From an uncultured Chroococcidiopsis sp. (lineage in GTDB: Bacteria > Cyanobacteriota > Cyanobacteriia > Cyanobacteriales > Chroococcidiopsidaceae), in contig CAXTYC010000002.1 in the NCBI GenBank assembly GCA_964248365.1, forward strand, positions 166,547-230,546: a stretch of DNA of 64,000 bases. The letters are read 5' to 3'. The notes beneath the pieces are model-generated. The model worked only from the letters and a program-made list of their open reading frames with translations, searched no databases and was not told the origin of the DNA. The position numbers were made by a program, and so were the translations under genes. Of the stretch, positions 1 through 9,895 are shown piece after piece; within the stretch, counting starts at the first letter, position 1, and every line of letters starts with the position of its first letter.

Positions 1-90
1 GTGGTGTAGGAGCGCCAGGCGGTGTGGTTGCATCCGGTGGTGTAGGAGCGCCAGGCGGTGTGGTTGCATCCGGTGGTGTAGGAGCGCCAG
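1..90. repeat. 36-bp tandem repeat (~2.5 copies visible), coding
   Basis: gtggtgtaggagcgccaggcggtgtggttgcatccg at 1-36 and 37-72, partial at 73-90; no spacers; encodes a 12-aa repeat on the minus strand. Confidence 0.95.
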
Positions 91-217
91 GGGTAGTAGA
101 GGGTGCGTCCTGCACTTGAGACTGAAGTATTGGTTCTTGCGGTTTCGCTTGTGCAGAGAAGCTACCTGTCACTAATAAAGCGAGAACAGACCCAGCTGTC
201 AAAAGTTGCTTAAGCAT
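1..217 (-). CDS. Secreted Pro/Thr-rich protein, 5' part (runs off the window start)
   Basis: Manual translation from ATG at 217, preceded by GGGAG: MLKQLLTAGSVLALLVTGSFSAQA|KPQEP...(GAPTPPDATTPP)n. Looks like a signal peptide with an AQA cleavage site; not in the ORF track because it is truncated. Confidence 0.75.
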   Translation of the reverse strand, partial: MLKQLLTAGSVLALLVTGSFSAQAKPQEPILQSQVQDAPSTTPGAPTPPDATTPPGAPTPPDATTPPGAPTP

Positions 218-537
218 TAATGTTGTCTCCCTGCTATTTGCCTGCTGTACGAGAAGTTGTAAGTTTCAGCTAAGCTTGACACCTCTAAGCTAGGCAACGC
301 TTATACCATAATGTAGATTCAGTATTGTTGCCTACAGCACATTTAGCATAAGTTTTTATGTAGTTTTTGCTACATTATACTTTCTTAAAACCTTTTATTT
401 ACAGAAAGTGAACTTAAATAACTACTTATTTACACTAATTTAGTTGTATCAATTTATGCAGTTTTCGAGGATTATGGTGAAATAAATGATTAGAAAAACT
501 AATCGTATTTATGATTTAGATTAAGCAATGCGAGGCA

Positions 538-558
538 GGTGGGCAATGCCCACCCTAC
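538..558. repeat. REP-like palindrome (GTAGGGTGGGCAWTGCCCACC family) just downstream of aspS
   Basis: ggtgggcaatgcccaccctac; the same core recurs at ~35316 and ~37253. Confidence 0.8.
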
Positions 559-562
559 TGTT

Positions 563-2353
563 TTAAAATTTTGGCTTTTTGGCAGTTGAGGCGACGTGCA
601 ATTCTTTAAGCTGCTTGTCATCCACACTAGAAGGAGCATCGGTTAACAAGCAACGAGCCTGCTGTGTTTTCGGAAAGGCGATTACATCTCGAATTGAGTC
701 TTCTTTTGCTAGCAACATCACCAAGCGATCTAAACCGTAAGCTATACCGCCATGAGGTGGTGTGCCGTATTCAAATGCTTCTAGCAGAAAACCAAACTTG
801 TTGTAAGCTTCCTCTAGTGATAAACCGATCGCTTTAAATACCTGTTCCTGAATTTCCCGCTGATAAATCCGCAGGCTACCCCCGCCTATTTCAAAGCCAT
901 TGAATATCAAGTCGTAAGCTTGGGCGCGGGCGGTTTTGATATCATTCACGTCATCTGGATGCGGGGCTGTAAATGGATGGTGCAACGCTTCTAAGCGCTT
1001 TTCATCTGCATTCCACTCAAACATGGGGAAATCTGTGATCCAGAGTAAGTTAATTTTTTCTGGATCGATCAGCCCCAATTCTCGACCGATAACTTGCCGC
1101 AACCGATCTAAAGTTTTGTTAACGGTGTCGGCTGCACCTGCACCAAATAGCAACAAGTGGCCCGGCTTCGCCCCAGTACGACTTAATAGTTCTTGTTTCT
1201 GAGACTGGGTGAGGTTGTCTTTAATCGCGCCAATGGTGTCAATTTCACCATCTTCTCGGACGCGAATATAGGCAAGACCCCTTGCGCCAGCAGCTTCCGC
1301 TTCTTTAAACAAGTCTCCGCCTGGTTTAATCCGTACATTGGAAATTAGATCGTTACCATTGGGAATTGGTAGCACTTTCACAACGCCGCCGGATGCAACA
1401 GATGCCGAAAAGACTTTGAAACCAGAGTCTTTCACCAAATCAGAAACGTTGACTAGTTCCAAGCCAAAGCGGGTATCTGGTTTATCGCTACCGTAACGCT
1501 CCATCGCCTCTGTATAGGTAAGACGGGGGAAGGGGTGGGGTAAGTCTATACCCTTGACTGTTTTGAAGATATGACAAACTAAATTTTCGTTCAGCTGGAG
1601 AATTTCTTCTGGGGACATGAAACTCATTTCCATGTCCAATTGGGTAAATTCTGGCTGGCGATCGGCGCGTAGATCTTCATCACGGAAGCAACGAGCAATT
1701 TGATAGTAGCGATCGCACCCCGAAACCATCAGCAGTTGTTTGAATAATTGCGGTGATTGTGGTAATGCAAACCATTCCCCAGCATTAACGCGACTGGGAA
1801 CTAGGTAATCTCTTGCACCTTCGGGAGTAGAACGAGTCAAAATTGGGGTTTCAATTTCGATAAAGCCTTGTTCGTCTTCCAGGTAACGACGGATAGCTTT
1901 GACAACTTGATGCCGTAATTGCAGGTTACGACTCATGCGATCGCGTCGTAAATCCAAATAGCGATACTTCAGTCGCAGATCTTCGCGCACTTCCTCTGTA
2001 TCTGCTGTTCCTACTTGGAAAGGCAACTGTTTACGCACAGGATTGAGTAATTCTATCTTGTCGGCGTAAATTTCTACCTTACCTGTAGGTAGACGGGGAT
2101 TGAGTGACTCCTCTGGACGCTGTGTTACTCTACCAGTAATTTGGACAACGTATTCATTTCGCAGAGCGTTGGCTTGGTTGTAGGAGTCTGGGGTACGCAC
2201 AGGATCGCTGACAATTTGGACAATTCCAGTGCGATCGCGCAAATCAAGAAAAATTACACCTCCATGATCGCGGCGACGATCTACCCATCCACATAGGGTA
2301 ACTGTGGCTCCAATATGTTCTGTTCGGAGGTCGCCGCAATAGTAGGTTCGCAT
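563..2353 (-). CDS. aspS: Aspartate--tRNA ligase
   Basis: MRTYYCG start, [40 protein letters not shown] and [12 protein letters not shown] motifs. Confidence 0.98.
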   Translation of the reverse strand: MRTYYCGDLRTEHIGATVTLCGWVDRRRDHGGVIFLDLRDRTGIVQIVSDPVRTPDSYNQANALRNEYVVQITGRVTQRPEESLNPRLPTGKVEIYADKIELLNPVRKQLPFQVGTADTEEVREDLRLKYRYLDLRRDRMSRNLQLRHQVVKAIRRYLEDEQGFIEIETPILTRSTPEGARDYLVPSRVNAGEWFALPQSPQLFKQLLMVSGCDRYYQIARCFRDEDLRADRQPEFTQLDMEMSFMSPEEILQLNENLVCHIFKTVKGIDLPHPFPRLTYTEAMERYGSDKPDTRFGLELVNVSDLVKDSGFKVFSASVASGGVVKVLPIPNGNDLISNVRIKPGGDLFKEAEAAGARGLAYIRVREDGEIDTIGAIKDNLTQSQKQELLSRTGAKPGHLLLFGAGAADTVNKTLDRLRQVIGRELGLIDPEKINLLWITDFPMFEWNADEKRLEALHHPFTAPHPDDVNDIKTARAQAYDLIFNGFEIGGGSLRIYQREIQEQVFKAIGLSLEEAYNKFGFLLEAFEYGTPPHGGIAYGLDRLVMLLAKEDSIRDVIAFPKTQQARCLLTDAPSSVDDKQLKELHVASTAKKPKF

Positions 2354-2651
2354 AGCTGTTGATTGCTGATTCGGGTTGGCTAGTTGGAAAGCTAAAAATT
2401 GACAAAGCCTTCCTATTATCTAGCATTACGCAAGAATAATTCGTAATTGGTAATTAGTAATTCGTAATTTTGAGGGAACAGGGGCGCTTTTGCTAGAGGC
2501 GCTTAGGCTAGAGGCTAGAGGAACTAGAGGAACCAGAGGCTAGGGTAAAGGTAAAAGGTAATTTCTCCCCCACCTTCCCTACCGCAAGATGCCTGCGCTA
2601 CCCTAGATCCCCCTCTCGCCTAAGCGCGATCGCCTCTCGCCACTCAGATGT

Positions 2652-3128
2652 CTATTGGTCAGAACGGGGGCGTGGGGCTGTGAGAACTTCCCACGCGGCT
2701 TTAGCAGCATCAGTTAGGCGATCGCCCAATTGTGCAACTTCCTTAACAACGGACTCCAAGTTTTTCTCGGCTTCCTTCTGAAGTAAGTGCCAAGAATACT
2801 CAATGCGATCGCGCTCAATAAGCTGATTACTTTCAATTGCTTCGCGCGCCCGACGCACAGCAGCTAAATACGTCTCGCGGGTAAGTGTTCCAGCAGATGA
2901 TGCTTCTATCACAGCGCGTTTTCTAATCGCCTCAATCAGTGCTTTTGTTTCCTGCTTGAGATCGTCGCTTTCACCAGACATATGGCTTTCCACCAGTTCA
3001 TTGGCAGGGGGAATAATTTCAACCATGACCGATGTATCTTCTACATCATCGTTTGTTTGGGAGGTCATATTCTGGGGAGTGATTTCAATTCTTACGGATG
3101 TGTTTTCGATATTTGTGTCAGAATTCAT
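2652..3128 (-). CDS. Hypothetical helical protein
   Basis: 158-aa ORF with ATG and GGAG RBS, co-oriented with htpX; no recognised domain. Confidence 0.75.
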   Translation of the reverse strand: MNSDTNIENTSVRIEITPQNMTSQTNDDVEDTSVMVEIIPPANELVESHMSGESDDLKQETKALIEAIRKRAVIEASSAGTLTRETYLAAVRRAREAIESNQLIERDRIEYSWHLLQKEAEKNLESVVKEVAQLGDRLTDAAKAAWEVLTAPRPRSDQ

Positions 3129-3175
3129 AGCTATATCTCCTAGATTGAAAGTTTGTAAATCTTTTCGGGGGGAAT

Positions 3176-4063
3176 TTATCGACGAAATGAAAACTGTGAA
3201 GATTTGGGCAATTCTTGCTCTAGCTTTAGTAGTTGCTCAATTCCTGCCTGGGTAGAAGGGTGGCTGGAGAATAATTCGCTCAAAAATTGGCTACCAGAGA
3301 ATGCATTCACAATTAACAGTGGTTCAAAGGCAGGATTACCACTCATTGGTAGTTGTCGTGCTGCATTTTCTAACCTTTCCAAGGCACGAGCCAAAGCGCG
3401 AGGATTACCTGTTAATCTTGCTGAACCTGCATCGGCGGCAAATTCTCTTGTGCGTGAGATAGCTAACTGAACGAAGGTAGCAGCTATCGGAGCTAGGATG
3501 ACTGTAAACAGTAGTCCCAAGGGGTTAGGCGCATTGCGGTTATCCCATGAATATGGCGTGTACCACAAGCCATAACTGAGCATTTGCGACAGAAAGGAAA
3601 TTGCTCCAGCGATGGTAGCTGCGACTGCTTGCGTCAAAGTGTCACGATTAGCAACGTGGGTGAGTTCGTGAGCAATCACGCCTTCTAGTTCATCCTCTGG
3701 CAGCAAATTTAAGATGCCTTGTGTCACTGCGACGGCTGCGTGTTCGGGATCGCGCCCTGTGGCGAATGCATTGGCTGCTTGGGTGGGGACGATGAAGATA
3801 GCTGGCATGGGCAAGCTTGCGCGATCGCACAATCGCTGTACCATTTGATAAAGTCTCGGTGCTTCATTTGCACTTATCGGTTGAGCGCGATATGCTGCTA
3901 GGGCAATTTTGTCTGATTGATACCACGAAAACAGGTTGGTGAAAGCTGCCAGGGCAATTCCCACCATTACGCCTGTGCTGCCGCCAATAATCCAGTAGCT
4001 AATTGCAATTAACAAGCCGCTCAATAAACCTAACAAAGCGACTGTTTTTAACTGATTTTGCAT
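3176..4063 (-). CDS. htpX: Zinc metalloprotease HtpX (M48)
   Basis: NAFATGRDP, HELTH (HExxH), ISRTREFAAD, SSHP motifs; N-terminal TM helices. Confidence 0.93.
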   Translation of the reverse strand: MQNQLKTVALLGLLSGLLIAISYWIIGGSTGVMVGIALAAFTNLFSWYQSDKIALAAYRAQPISANEAPRLYQMVQRLCDRASLPMPAIFIVPTQAANAFATGRDPEHAAVAVTQGILNLLPEDELEGVIAHELTHVANRDTLTQAVAATIAGAISFLSQMLSYGLWYTPYSWDNRNAPNPLGLLFTVILAPIAATFVQLAISRTREFAADAGSARLTGNPRALARALERLENAARQLPMSGNPAFEPLLIVNAFSGSQFLSELFSSHPSTQAGIEQLLKLEQELPKSSQFSFRR

Positions 4064-4234
4064 ATTTTGCTCTCCTGATAATGCTGTTTTTGCTTATTAT
4101 CAGCATTACTTAAGCCGCACTTTGATTCTATCGACCATTCTTCAGATTCGCAGGGTTGATATCCTAACATCCAAGTACGGTTTTACCTACTTAAACCATC
4201 CTTTTGGAGCTATAAAATTTAGATTTTTAAGAGA

Positions 4235-4325
4235 TATAGCAGGGAGTAGGGAGTAGGGTAAGAAGGCTTGTAACAATTGTCTTCTAGTAAATTGACTTGT
4301 CCTAATCTATCTAGTTACTGCTATA
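4235..4325. mobile_element. Degenerate MITE-like element with TATAGCAG...CTGCTATA ends
   Basis: 8-bp terminal inverted repeats, no ORF; related TATAGCA ends occur elsewhere in the window (6343-6359, 37222, 62333). Confidence 0.5.
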
Positions 4326-4408
4326 AAAGATATTGCGTCTTGACCATTACTCAGATTTTGCACTAGTGCCGATACCCAAAGAGCCAATCAATTGGCGGAC
4401 TAATAGCA

Positions 4409-4519
4409 CTCGTCTTATCTTAAAGACTAACTGAGGGTTTAAGTCCATTTCAATGGACTTGAGCTATGAGCTTTGAACTGAAGTTCAAAGCGGAATTTAT
4501 CGCAGGCGCAAGATGTAAG
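4409..4519. repeat. Double-hairpin REP/MITE-like dispersed repeat
   Basis: Hairpins aagtccat-ttca-atggactt (4441-4460) and gctttgaact-ga-agttcaaagc (4470-4491), followed by ggcgcaagatgtaag. Confidence 0.55.
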
Positions 4520-4653
4520 ATTAGGCATATTCAGCCGTAGACAACTACCTACTTACTAATAATATGTTGAAAATGCCTCTATCTGAAGTTGCAAATTAGA
4601 ATTTATCAACCCAAAAATTGAAATTATTAAGTTTATTCATTTTGTATATTTTA

Positions 4654-5049
4654 ATGCTGCAAAAACCAGAAATTAGCCATCCAATTGTTATCAGTTTAGG
4701 GGCGATCGCAGGTGCTTTAAGCCGCTACTACCTAACTTTGTGGTTTGTCCAACGCTTTGGTACGAGTTTTCCCTACGGCACTTTTTTCATCAACCTGACT
4801 GGCTGTTTTGCTATGGGTTTCTTTGCCACTCTAGCTTTAGAACGAGTGGATCTAATTTCTCCAGAAATCCGGTTGCTGGTAGCAGTGGGATTCTTGGGTT
4901 CCTATACTACGTTTTCCACCTACGGGCTAGATTCTGTTTTACTGCTGGGACGCAACTTTACCGCTGCTGGTTTTTACTGGTTAGGTAGTGCTGTCTTGGG
5001 AATTGTCTGTGTGCAACTGGGAATTATGCTAGCGCGGTTGGTAAGGTAG
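4654..5049 (+). CDS. crcB: Fluoride efflux channel CrcB/FluC
   Basis: [35 protein letters not shown] signature; ATG 4654 preferred over TTG 4618. Confidence 0.95.
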   Translation: MLQKPEISHPIVISLGAIAGALSRYYLTLWFVQRFGTSFPYGTFFINLTGCFAMGFFATLALERVDLISPEIRLLVAVGFLGSYTTFSTYGLDSVLLLGRNFTAAGFYWLGSAVLGIVCVQLGIMLARLVR

Positions 5050-5149
5050 TGCGATCGCCTGATTCCTGATCGCAGTTTAGCCCAAATTTAGAACCTCTCT
5101 CCCAGATCCACGGCTAAGAAGCAAACTTGAGCGGATTAACATCTTTTTA

Positions 5150-5220
5150 ATAAAAACTATTGTCAACAAGCCCCATCGTGTTGTAAGCTTGTTCGTCAAG
5201 TTATTGAATAATTTTCTCAA
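5150..5220. promoter_or_regulatory. Two Fur-box-like sites upstream of the isiC-like gene
   Basis: ataaaaactattgtcaa (5150-5166) and ttgaataattttctcaa (5204-5220) resemble TTGANAATNATTNTCAA. Confidence 0.5.
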
Positions 5221-5438
5221 CAGAGGTGTGGATCTGTGACAACTGCTTTTAAGAGCCTGCTATCACAAGAGCAGAACATCGAGCGAGCCATATTCGCTTA
5301 TCTACTGTCAATAACATGAAGCATGGCTAGTGTATAGGGGCGAGGGGCAATTAAGAAATTATCCTAATTACTGCTGCTATGGTTTCCCCTTGGCGCAAGA
5401 AAGGTGCTACGAATGATGATTTTTATCAAGGTATTTTG

Positions 5439-6179
5439 ATGTCTAAATTACCAGATAGTTTGTGGTTGAATACAAGCCCTTGTTTGCAATGCCTTGATCT
5501 GCCACTACTGCGTTACTTGTCAGGGCAAATATCGATTGCTCGGTGGAAATATTCCCAAAGTCAAGATGAAGCTAGTTCTCTAAATGTAGCAGGGCAACTA
5601 CTACACGACTATCTCCAATCTTACGATCAACCTGTGCATTTGATTGGACACGGCACTAGTGGTTTGTTAGGGCTATTGTATGCCCGTCTATATCCAGAGA
5701 AAGTACGATCTTTAACTCTTTTAGCTGTGGGTGTTCATCCCGCCGTTGACTGGCAAGCACATTACTATATTCATCGGCGCGTGTTGAGTCGCAAGGCGAC
5801 TTTGAGAGCGATGGCATATAACCTTTTTGGCTATCACAATGAATGCACTATTAAAAGGTTAGAAAAGATTCTAGACTCAGATTTAGATTGTTCTTTGTCT
5901 GGTCACTCGCTATTTGAGCATCGCAGTATCCTTCCTGGTGGGGTGAAAGTACCGATAATGATTTGTGGCTGCCAAGACGATATGATTGTAGAACCTGATG
6001 CCTTGCAAGGATGGCAGCCTTGGTTGAAGTCGAGCGATCGCCTCTGGTTATGTCCGCAAGGAGGTCACTTTTTTCACTTCTTTTACCCCCAGCAAGTAGG
6101 ACAATCAATTCTTGAGTTTTGGCAATCTCTCTATCAGTTGGACACACTTTGTTCTACTCAAACTTACGCCAGAATTTAA
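5439..6179 (+). CDS. Alpha/beta hydrolase, IsiC-like (iron-stress family)
   Basis: DSLWLNTSP, QSQDEASSL, LLHDYL, HLIGHGTSG, PAVDWQAHYY, GGHFFH; resembles Synechocystis IsiC from recall; start at the second ATG. Confidence 0.8.
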   Translation: MSKLPDSLWLNTSPCLQCLDLPLLRYLSGQISIARWKYSQSQDEASSLNVAGQLLHDYLQSYDQPVHLIGHGTSGLLGLLYARLYPEKVRSLTLLAVGVHPAVDWQAHYYIHRRVLSRKATLRAMAYNLFGYHNECTIKRLEKILDSDLDCSLSGHSLFEHRSILPGGVKVPIMICGCQDDMIVEPDALQGWQPWLKSSDRLWLCPQGGHFFHFFYPQQVGQSILEFWQSLYQLDTLCSTQTYARI

Positions 6180-6354
6180 TTAAACCAAATCTGAAATTCT
6201 TGTGATCGAGTTAAGCTTAGTAACGAGTGTTAGCGTCGCGCATTCGCAATTCGTAATTGTATTGGTGAGCGGTTTTTATCCCCTTTGCTCCCCTTTACTT
6301 CCCCAGCCCTCCTTTGCTCTTCCCTAGCCTCTAGCCCCTAGCCCCTACTCCCTG

Positions 6355-7404
6355 CTATACCTCTGCTTTCATTTCTTCTATTTCAAATAAACTCACAATT
6401 ACGCCAGCGATGGGAATTGCCAGAAAAATTCCAAGTAATCCTGCTACTCTAGCACCAACTAACAGAGCGAAAAAAATTACTACTGGATTAACATTTATTG
6501 AACCTTGCATCACCCTTGGTGAAATTAAATTATCTTGAATTTGTTGCAGTACAATACAAGCAATTAAAACTTTTAAAGCTAACTAAACGCTTTGAGATAG
6601 AACAAGCAAAAAAACGATAGTAACTCCTAATGTAGCTCCAATGCCAGGAATTGTATCTAAAACTCCTACTATAGTTGCTAAAATTAATGAAAAAGGTACT
6701 TGTAAAATTAAGAAAACAATAAAAGTAGTACTCGTTAAAAATAAAGTTAAAATAAACTGACCTCTCACAAAGCCTAAAAACTTACGTTTTACTATCGTCG
6801 CAAAGCGGTTTCGTCGATTTTTAGGGACAATTTTCAGGATAAGTTGCCAAAGTCGTTGCCCATCTAATAGCATAAAAAAAGCAACAACTGCAATTAATAT
6901 GAGATTAATAAAGTTAGCAAAAAATATTTGGATAGTAGATAAACTATAACCAATTCCAAGGCTTAGACTAGATAGAATCTGGTTTTGTACTTGCCGTTGA
7001 ATAGCATCCAAGTCAACTACAATATTGCGGTTACGCAGAAACAATTCTAATCGATCTGTCAGGGGGAGGAGAGAATTTAAAAATAATGTTACACTATTAG
7101 TTAGTTGTTGCGCTTGAGATACAACTGATAAACCTACTGTAATTGTGACGCTAGCAATTAGCACCAAGCTAAGTAAGAAAACTAAAATAACTGCTATGCT
7201 TCGAGGTATAAAACGCTGTAGCCATCGCACAGGATAATTTAGCAAAAAAGCTAAAATTGCAGCAAATGTAAAAATAACAATTACAGTTTCAAAGTAAGCT
7301 AAAAGCTGAACAAAAGCCCAGCCAGAAGCAAAAAGTAGTAAGAAGCGAACGAGAGATAAATTATCCAGTTGCTCCCAAAGACGTGGCGGTTTTGGCTCTT
7401 GCAT
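6355..7404 (-). pseudogene. AI-2E family transporter interrupted by an in-frame TAG at 6583-6585
   Basis: After LSQSV* the same frame continues LALKVLIACIVLQQIQDNLISPRVMQGSINVNPVVIFFALLVGARVAGLLGIFLAIP...AEV* to 6355, a typical AI-2E C-terminus. Confidence 0.85.
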
Positions 7405-7502
7405 ACTTGGCGAGGCTATTGATATAAGCGATGTGTTCTCAAGAAATATAATCTTGCGATTAAATCGAATGGGAAACAACGATCTAAAGACAGACTCACA
7501 TC

Positions 7503-7799
7503 TTAAGCCGCAGCAAGCTGTTGTACCAGCACGTAGGGTTGAACAATCAGAGTTGAAAATCGCTTAGTGCGATCGCTATTCCAGTCTGATAACTGAGTCA
7601 ATGTGGGTTTAGCAATCAACGCCTCACTAATCCAATTTTGCACGATCGCTACATCATCTTGTGCGATCGCCACTCCCACATCAATTAAATCTAGTTGTTG
7701 AGCCACTACCACCACAGCATCGCGTTTAGCATGAGGAATCAGCCATTCCCACTCTGCCTCATCCAAAGTGTCTGCTAGTTGCGCTCTTAAATCCTGCAT
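7503..7799 (-). CDS. DUF2288 family protein
   Basis: EAEWEWLIPHAKRDAVVVV...LIVQPYVLVQ pattern. Confidence 0.85.
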   Translation of the reverse strand: MQDLRAQLADTLDEAEWEWLIPHAKRDAVVVVAQQLDLIDVGVAIAQDDVAIVQNWISEALIAKPTLTQLSDWNSDRTKRFSTLIVQPYVLVQQLAAA

Positions 7800-8016
7800 T
7801 CTAATCGAATCCTTTTAATTGCTGAGTTTAGTCTACCGTTTTCGTAAGTAGTAGGGGAGCAAAGGGGCAGGGGAGCAGGGGGGACAAGGGGACAGAGGGG
7901 CTTCAAGGGCAGAGGGGACAAGGGGAGAAAACAACCTCTAGCTATAGCGCCTCTAGCCTAAGTGCCTTTAGCCCCTTTACCGCAATACCTCTTTACCCTT
8001 CATCCTTCATCCTTGA

Positions 8017-8655
8017 TTAGCGTCCTAAATCATGCAGTGCCATAATTGCTGCTGCACACTTTTGCGTTACAGCCTGCAATTCGAGCCGATCTGTAGAACT
8101 GGGAGGAGCGATCGGCTTGCCAATTCGCACAGTGATCGGGACTGGACGAGGAATGGCAGAACCTTTGTTTAAAATTCGTTGGGTTCCCCATAAACTGACT
8201 GGTAACAGTGGGGAATGCGCCTTAGCCGCAAGTAGGGCTGCACCTTTTTTCGGATCTGTAATTCGTCCGTCTGGTGTGCGACTACCTTCTAAATAAACGC
8301 CCGTAGCCCACCCATTCTCAAGCGACTTAAGTGCTGCACGAATAGCACTGCGATCGGCTGCTCCTCGACTGACTGGATAAGCACCGTACAACTCGATTCC
8401 TTGTTTCAAAATCGGGACACGAAACAGCTCTTCCTTTGCCATATAAGCAACAGGTCGCCTGAGACAACAAGAGAGAATAGGTGGATCAAAGTAACTGGCA
8501 TGATTACTCACAACCACCAATGGTCCTTGCTGTGGTACATTTTCAGCCCCATAAACCCGTCCCCGAAAGTAAAAATGCAGCATGGGACTAACTACCGAAT
8601 ATTTAAATAGGTAGTAGAGCAGCAGACTGACAAATGGTTCGCGGCTTTGAGCCAT
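8017..8655 (-). CDS. plsC: 1-acyl-sn-glycerol-3-phosphate acyltransferase
   Basis: NHASYFDPP (HX4D), MAKEELF, EGSRT motifs; in the plsX-fabH-fabD operon. Confidence 0.93.
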   Translation of the reverse strand: MAQSREPFVSLLLYYLFKYSVVSPMLHFYFRGRVYGAENVPQQGPLVVVSNHASYFDPPILSCCLRRPVAYMAKEELFRVPILKQGIELYGAYPVSRGAADRSAIRAALKSLENGWATGVYLEGSRTPDGRITDPKKGAALLAAKAHSPLLPVSLWGTQRILNKGSAIPRPVPITVRIGKPIAPPSSTDRLELQAVTQKCAAAIMALHDLGR

Positions 8656-8657
8656 AC

Positions 8658-8880
8658 GATTTTGGATTTTTGATTTTAGATTTTGCGAAAAGTTGAGCTA
8701 GGGAGGGTGCGGAGGTTCCCGACCTTGTGGCAACAACCGCTTAGTGTCGGTTTGGGTCCCCGAAGTTGCCTCAACGGGGGGAACAGGGCCACGGCACTTC
8801 TGTTCGCCAAACTTTTCAAGACGGATTTGGTATTTTCTCCCCCAGCTCCCCCAGCTCAAGATCGCTCCCCCAGCTTTCTT
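8658..8880. repeat. Nested small dispersed repeats inside short tandem arrays between fabD and plsC
   Basis: gattttg/gatttta array interrupted by gcgaaaagtt...aacttttcaagac, which encloses GC-rich hairpin modules (cggaggttcccg, aagttgcctcaacggggggaac...cacggcacttct). Confidence 0.6.
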
Positions 8881-8914
8881 AAACGCCCCTACAATTCCTA
8901 CTAATTGCTAATAG

Positions 8915-9796
8915 CTAATCGGGGAAGTCTTCGAGACTACTGACATTTTCTAAGATTAAATCAGGGCAGGTACGTTTAATTAAACCAGTCAGTACTGTAC
9001 CAGGACCTATTTCTACAACCCGCTCGATGCCTTCTTCGAGCAAGCGCACTGAAGTTTCACGCCATCGCACTGATCCTGTAATCTGGCGGCTCAAATGCTC
9101 TTTCAATACCTTTGCATCCATACTTGCGATCGGTTCCACATTAGAAAGTACTGGGATCTGTGCTGGCTTGAAAGTGACAGACGCAAGCACTTGTTCAAAC
9201 TCGGATGCTGCTGCTGCCATTAAGGGTGAATGAAACGCCCCTGAGACATTCAAGGGAATAGCCCGCTTTTTCTTGACTTGGGATATGACCGCTTCTACAG
9301 CTGCTGGTGTGCCAGAAATTACCACCTGAGCGGGACTATTGTCGTTAGCTAGTACAACATCGGGAGTTTGTTGAATTTGTTGTTCGAGTTGTTCGCGGTC
9401 AAAGCCAATTAAAGCCGCCATCATACCACCAGCAACACTGTCCATCAGTTCTGCTCGACGTTTGACTAGACGTAAGCCCGCAGACCATTCAAAGACTCCA
9501 GCCACATAGAGAGCAGCATATTCTCCTAGGCTGTGACCTGCCACCAAGTCTGGCTGCTGCCCTCGATCGCGCAGCAAGTCTGCCAGAATGCTTTCTATAA
9601 CATACATACTAGGCTGCGTATAAAGTGTACGCGATATCACGTCATCCTCCCTTTGGCAGATTTCCCCTACTGACCAGCCTAAAATTTCCTCAGCAGCGGC
9701 AAATTTGTCTTTGGCATAGCTTAAGTCTAGTAAATCCATGCCCATGCCGATCACTTGCGAACCTTGCCCCGGAAACACCCACGCCGTCTTAGTCAT
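8915..9796 (-). CDS. fabD: Malonyl-CoA:ACP transacylase
   Basis: FPGQGSQ, GHSLGEY, VSGAFHS motifs. Confidence 0.97.
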   Translation of the reverse strand: MTKTAWVFPGQGSQVIGMGMDLLDLSYAKDKFAAAEEILGWSVGEICQREDDVISRTLYTQPSMYVIESILADLLRDRGQQPDLVAGHSLGEYAALYVAGVFEWSAGLRLVKRRAELMDSVAGGMMAALIGFDREQLEQQIQQTPDVVLANDNSPAQVVISGTPAAVEAVISQVKKKRAIPLNVSGAFHSPLMAAAASEFEQVLASVTFKPAQIPVLSNVEPIASMDAKVLKEHLSRQITGSVRWRETSVRLLEEGIERVVEIGPGTVLTGLIKRTCPDLILENVSSLEDFPD

Positions 9797-9895
9797 TGCT
9801 CAATTGTTATATTCAAAAAAATTTCTCCCCCAGCTTCCCCAGCTCCCCCAGCTCCCCCTGCGGTCACAAAGAAAAGTATTAAACTAAGATCGAGA

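Noticed and set aside
1..90. 36-bp repeats as a CRISPR array
   Set aside because: Units are directly adjacent with no spacers and translate in frame; no cas genes in the window
4330..4653. Fluoride riboswitch upstream of crcB
   Set aside because: No GGxGATGG...TGATG/TAATG..CCTAC-type consensus seen; the hairpins look like dispersed repeats
6583..6585. Genome-wide amber recoding
   Set aside because: Many genes here end normally at TAG (crcB, pdhB, fabD, the MCP); the case is isolated
8683..8904. 73-aa ORF between plsC and fabD (also ORFs at 15624, 23509, 44188, 47627, 52885)
   Set aside because: They consist mainly of repeat DNA or overlap real genes in another frame; no protein-like features
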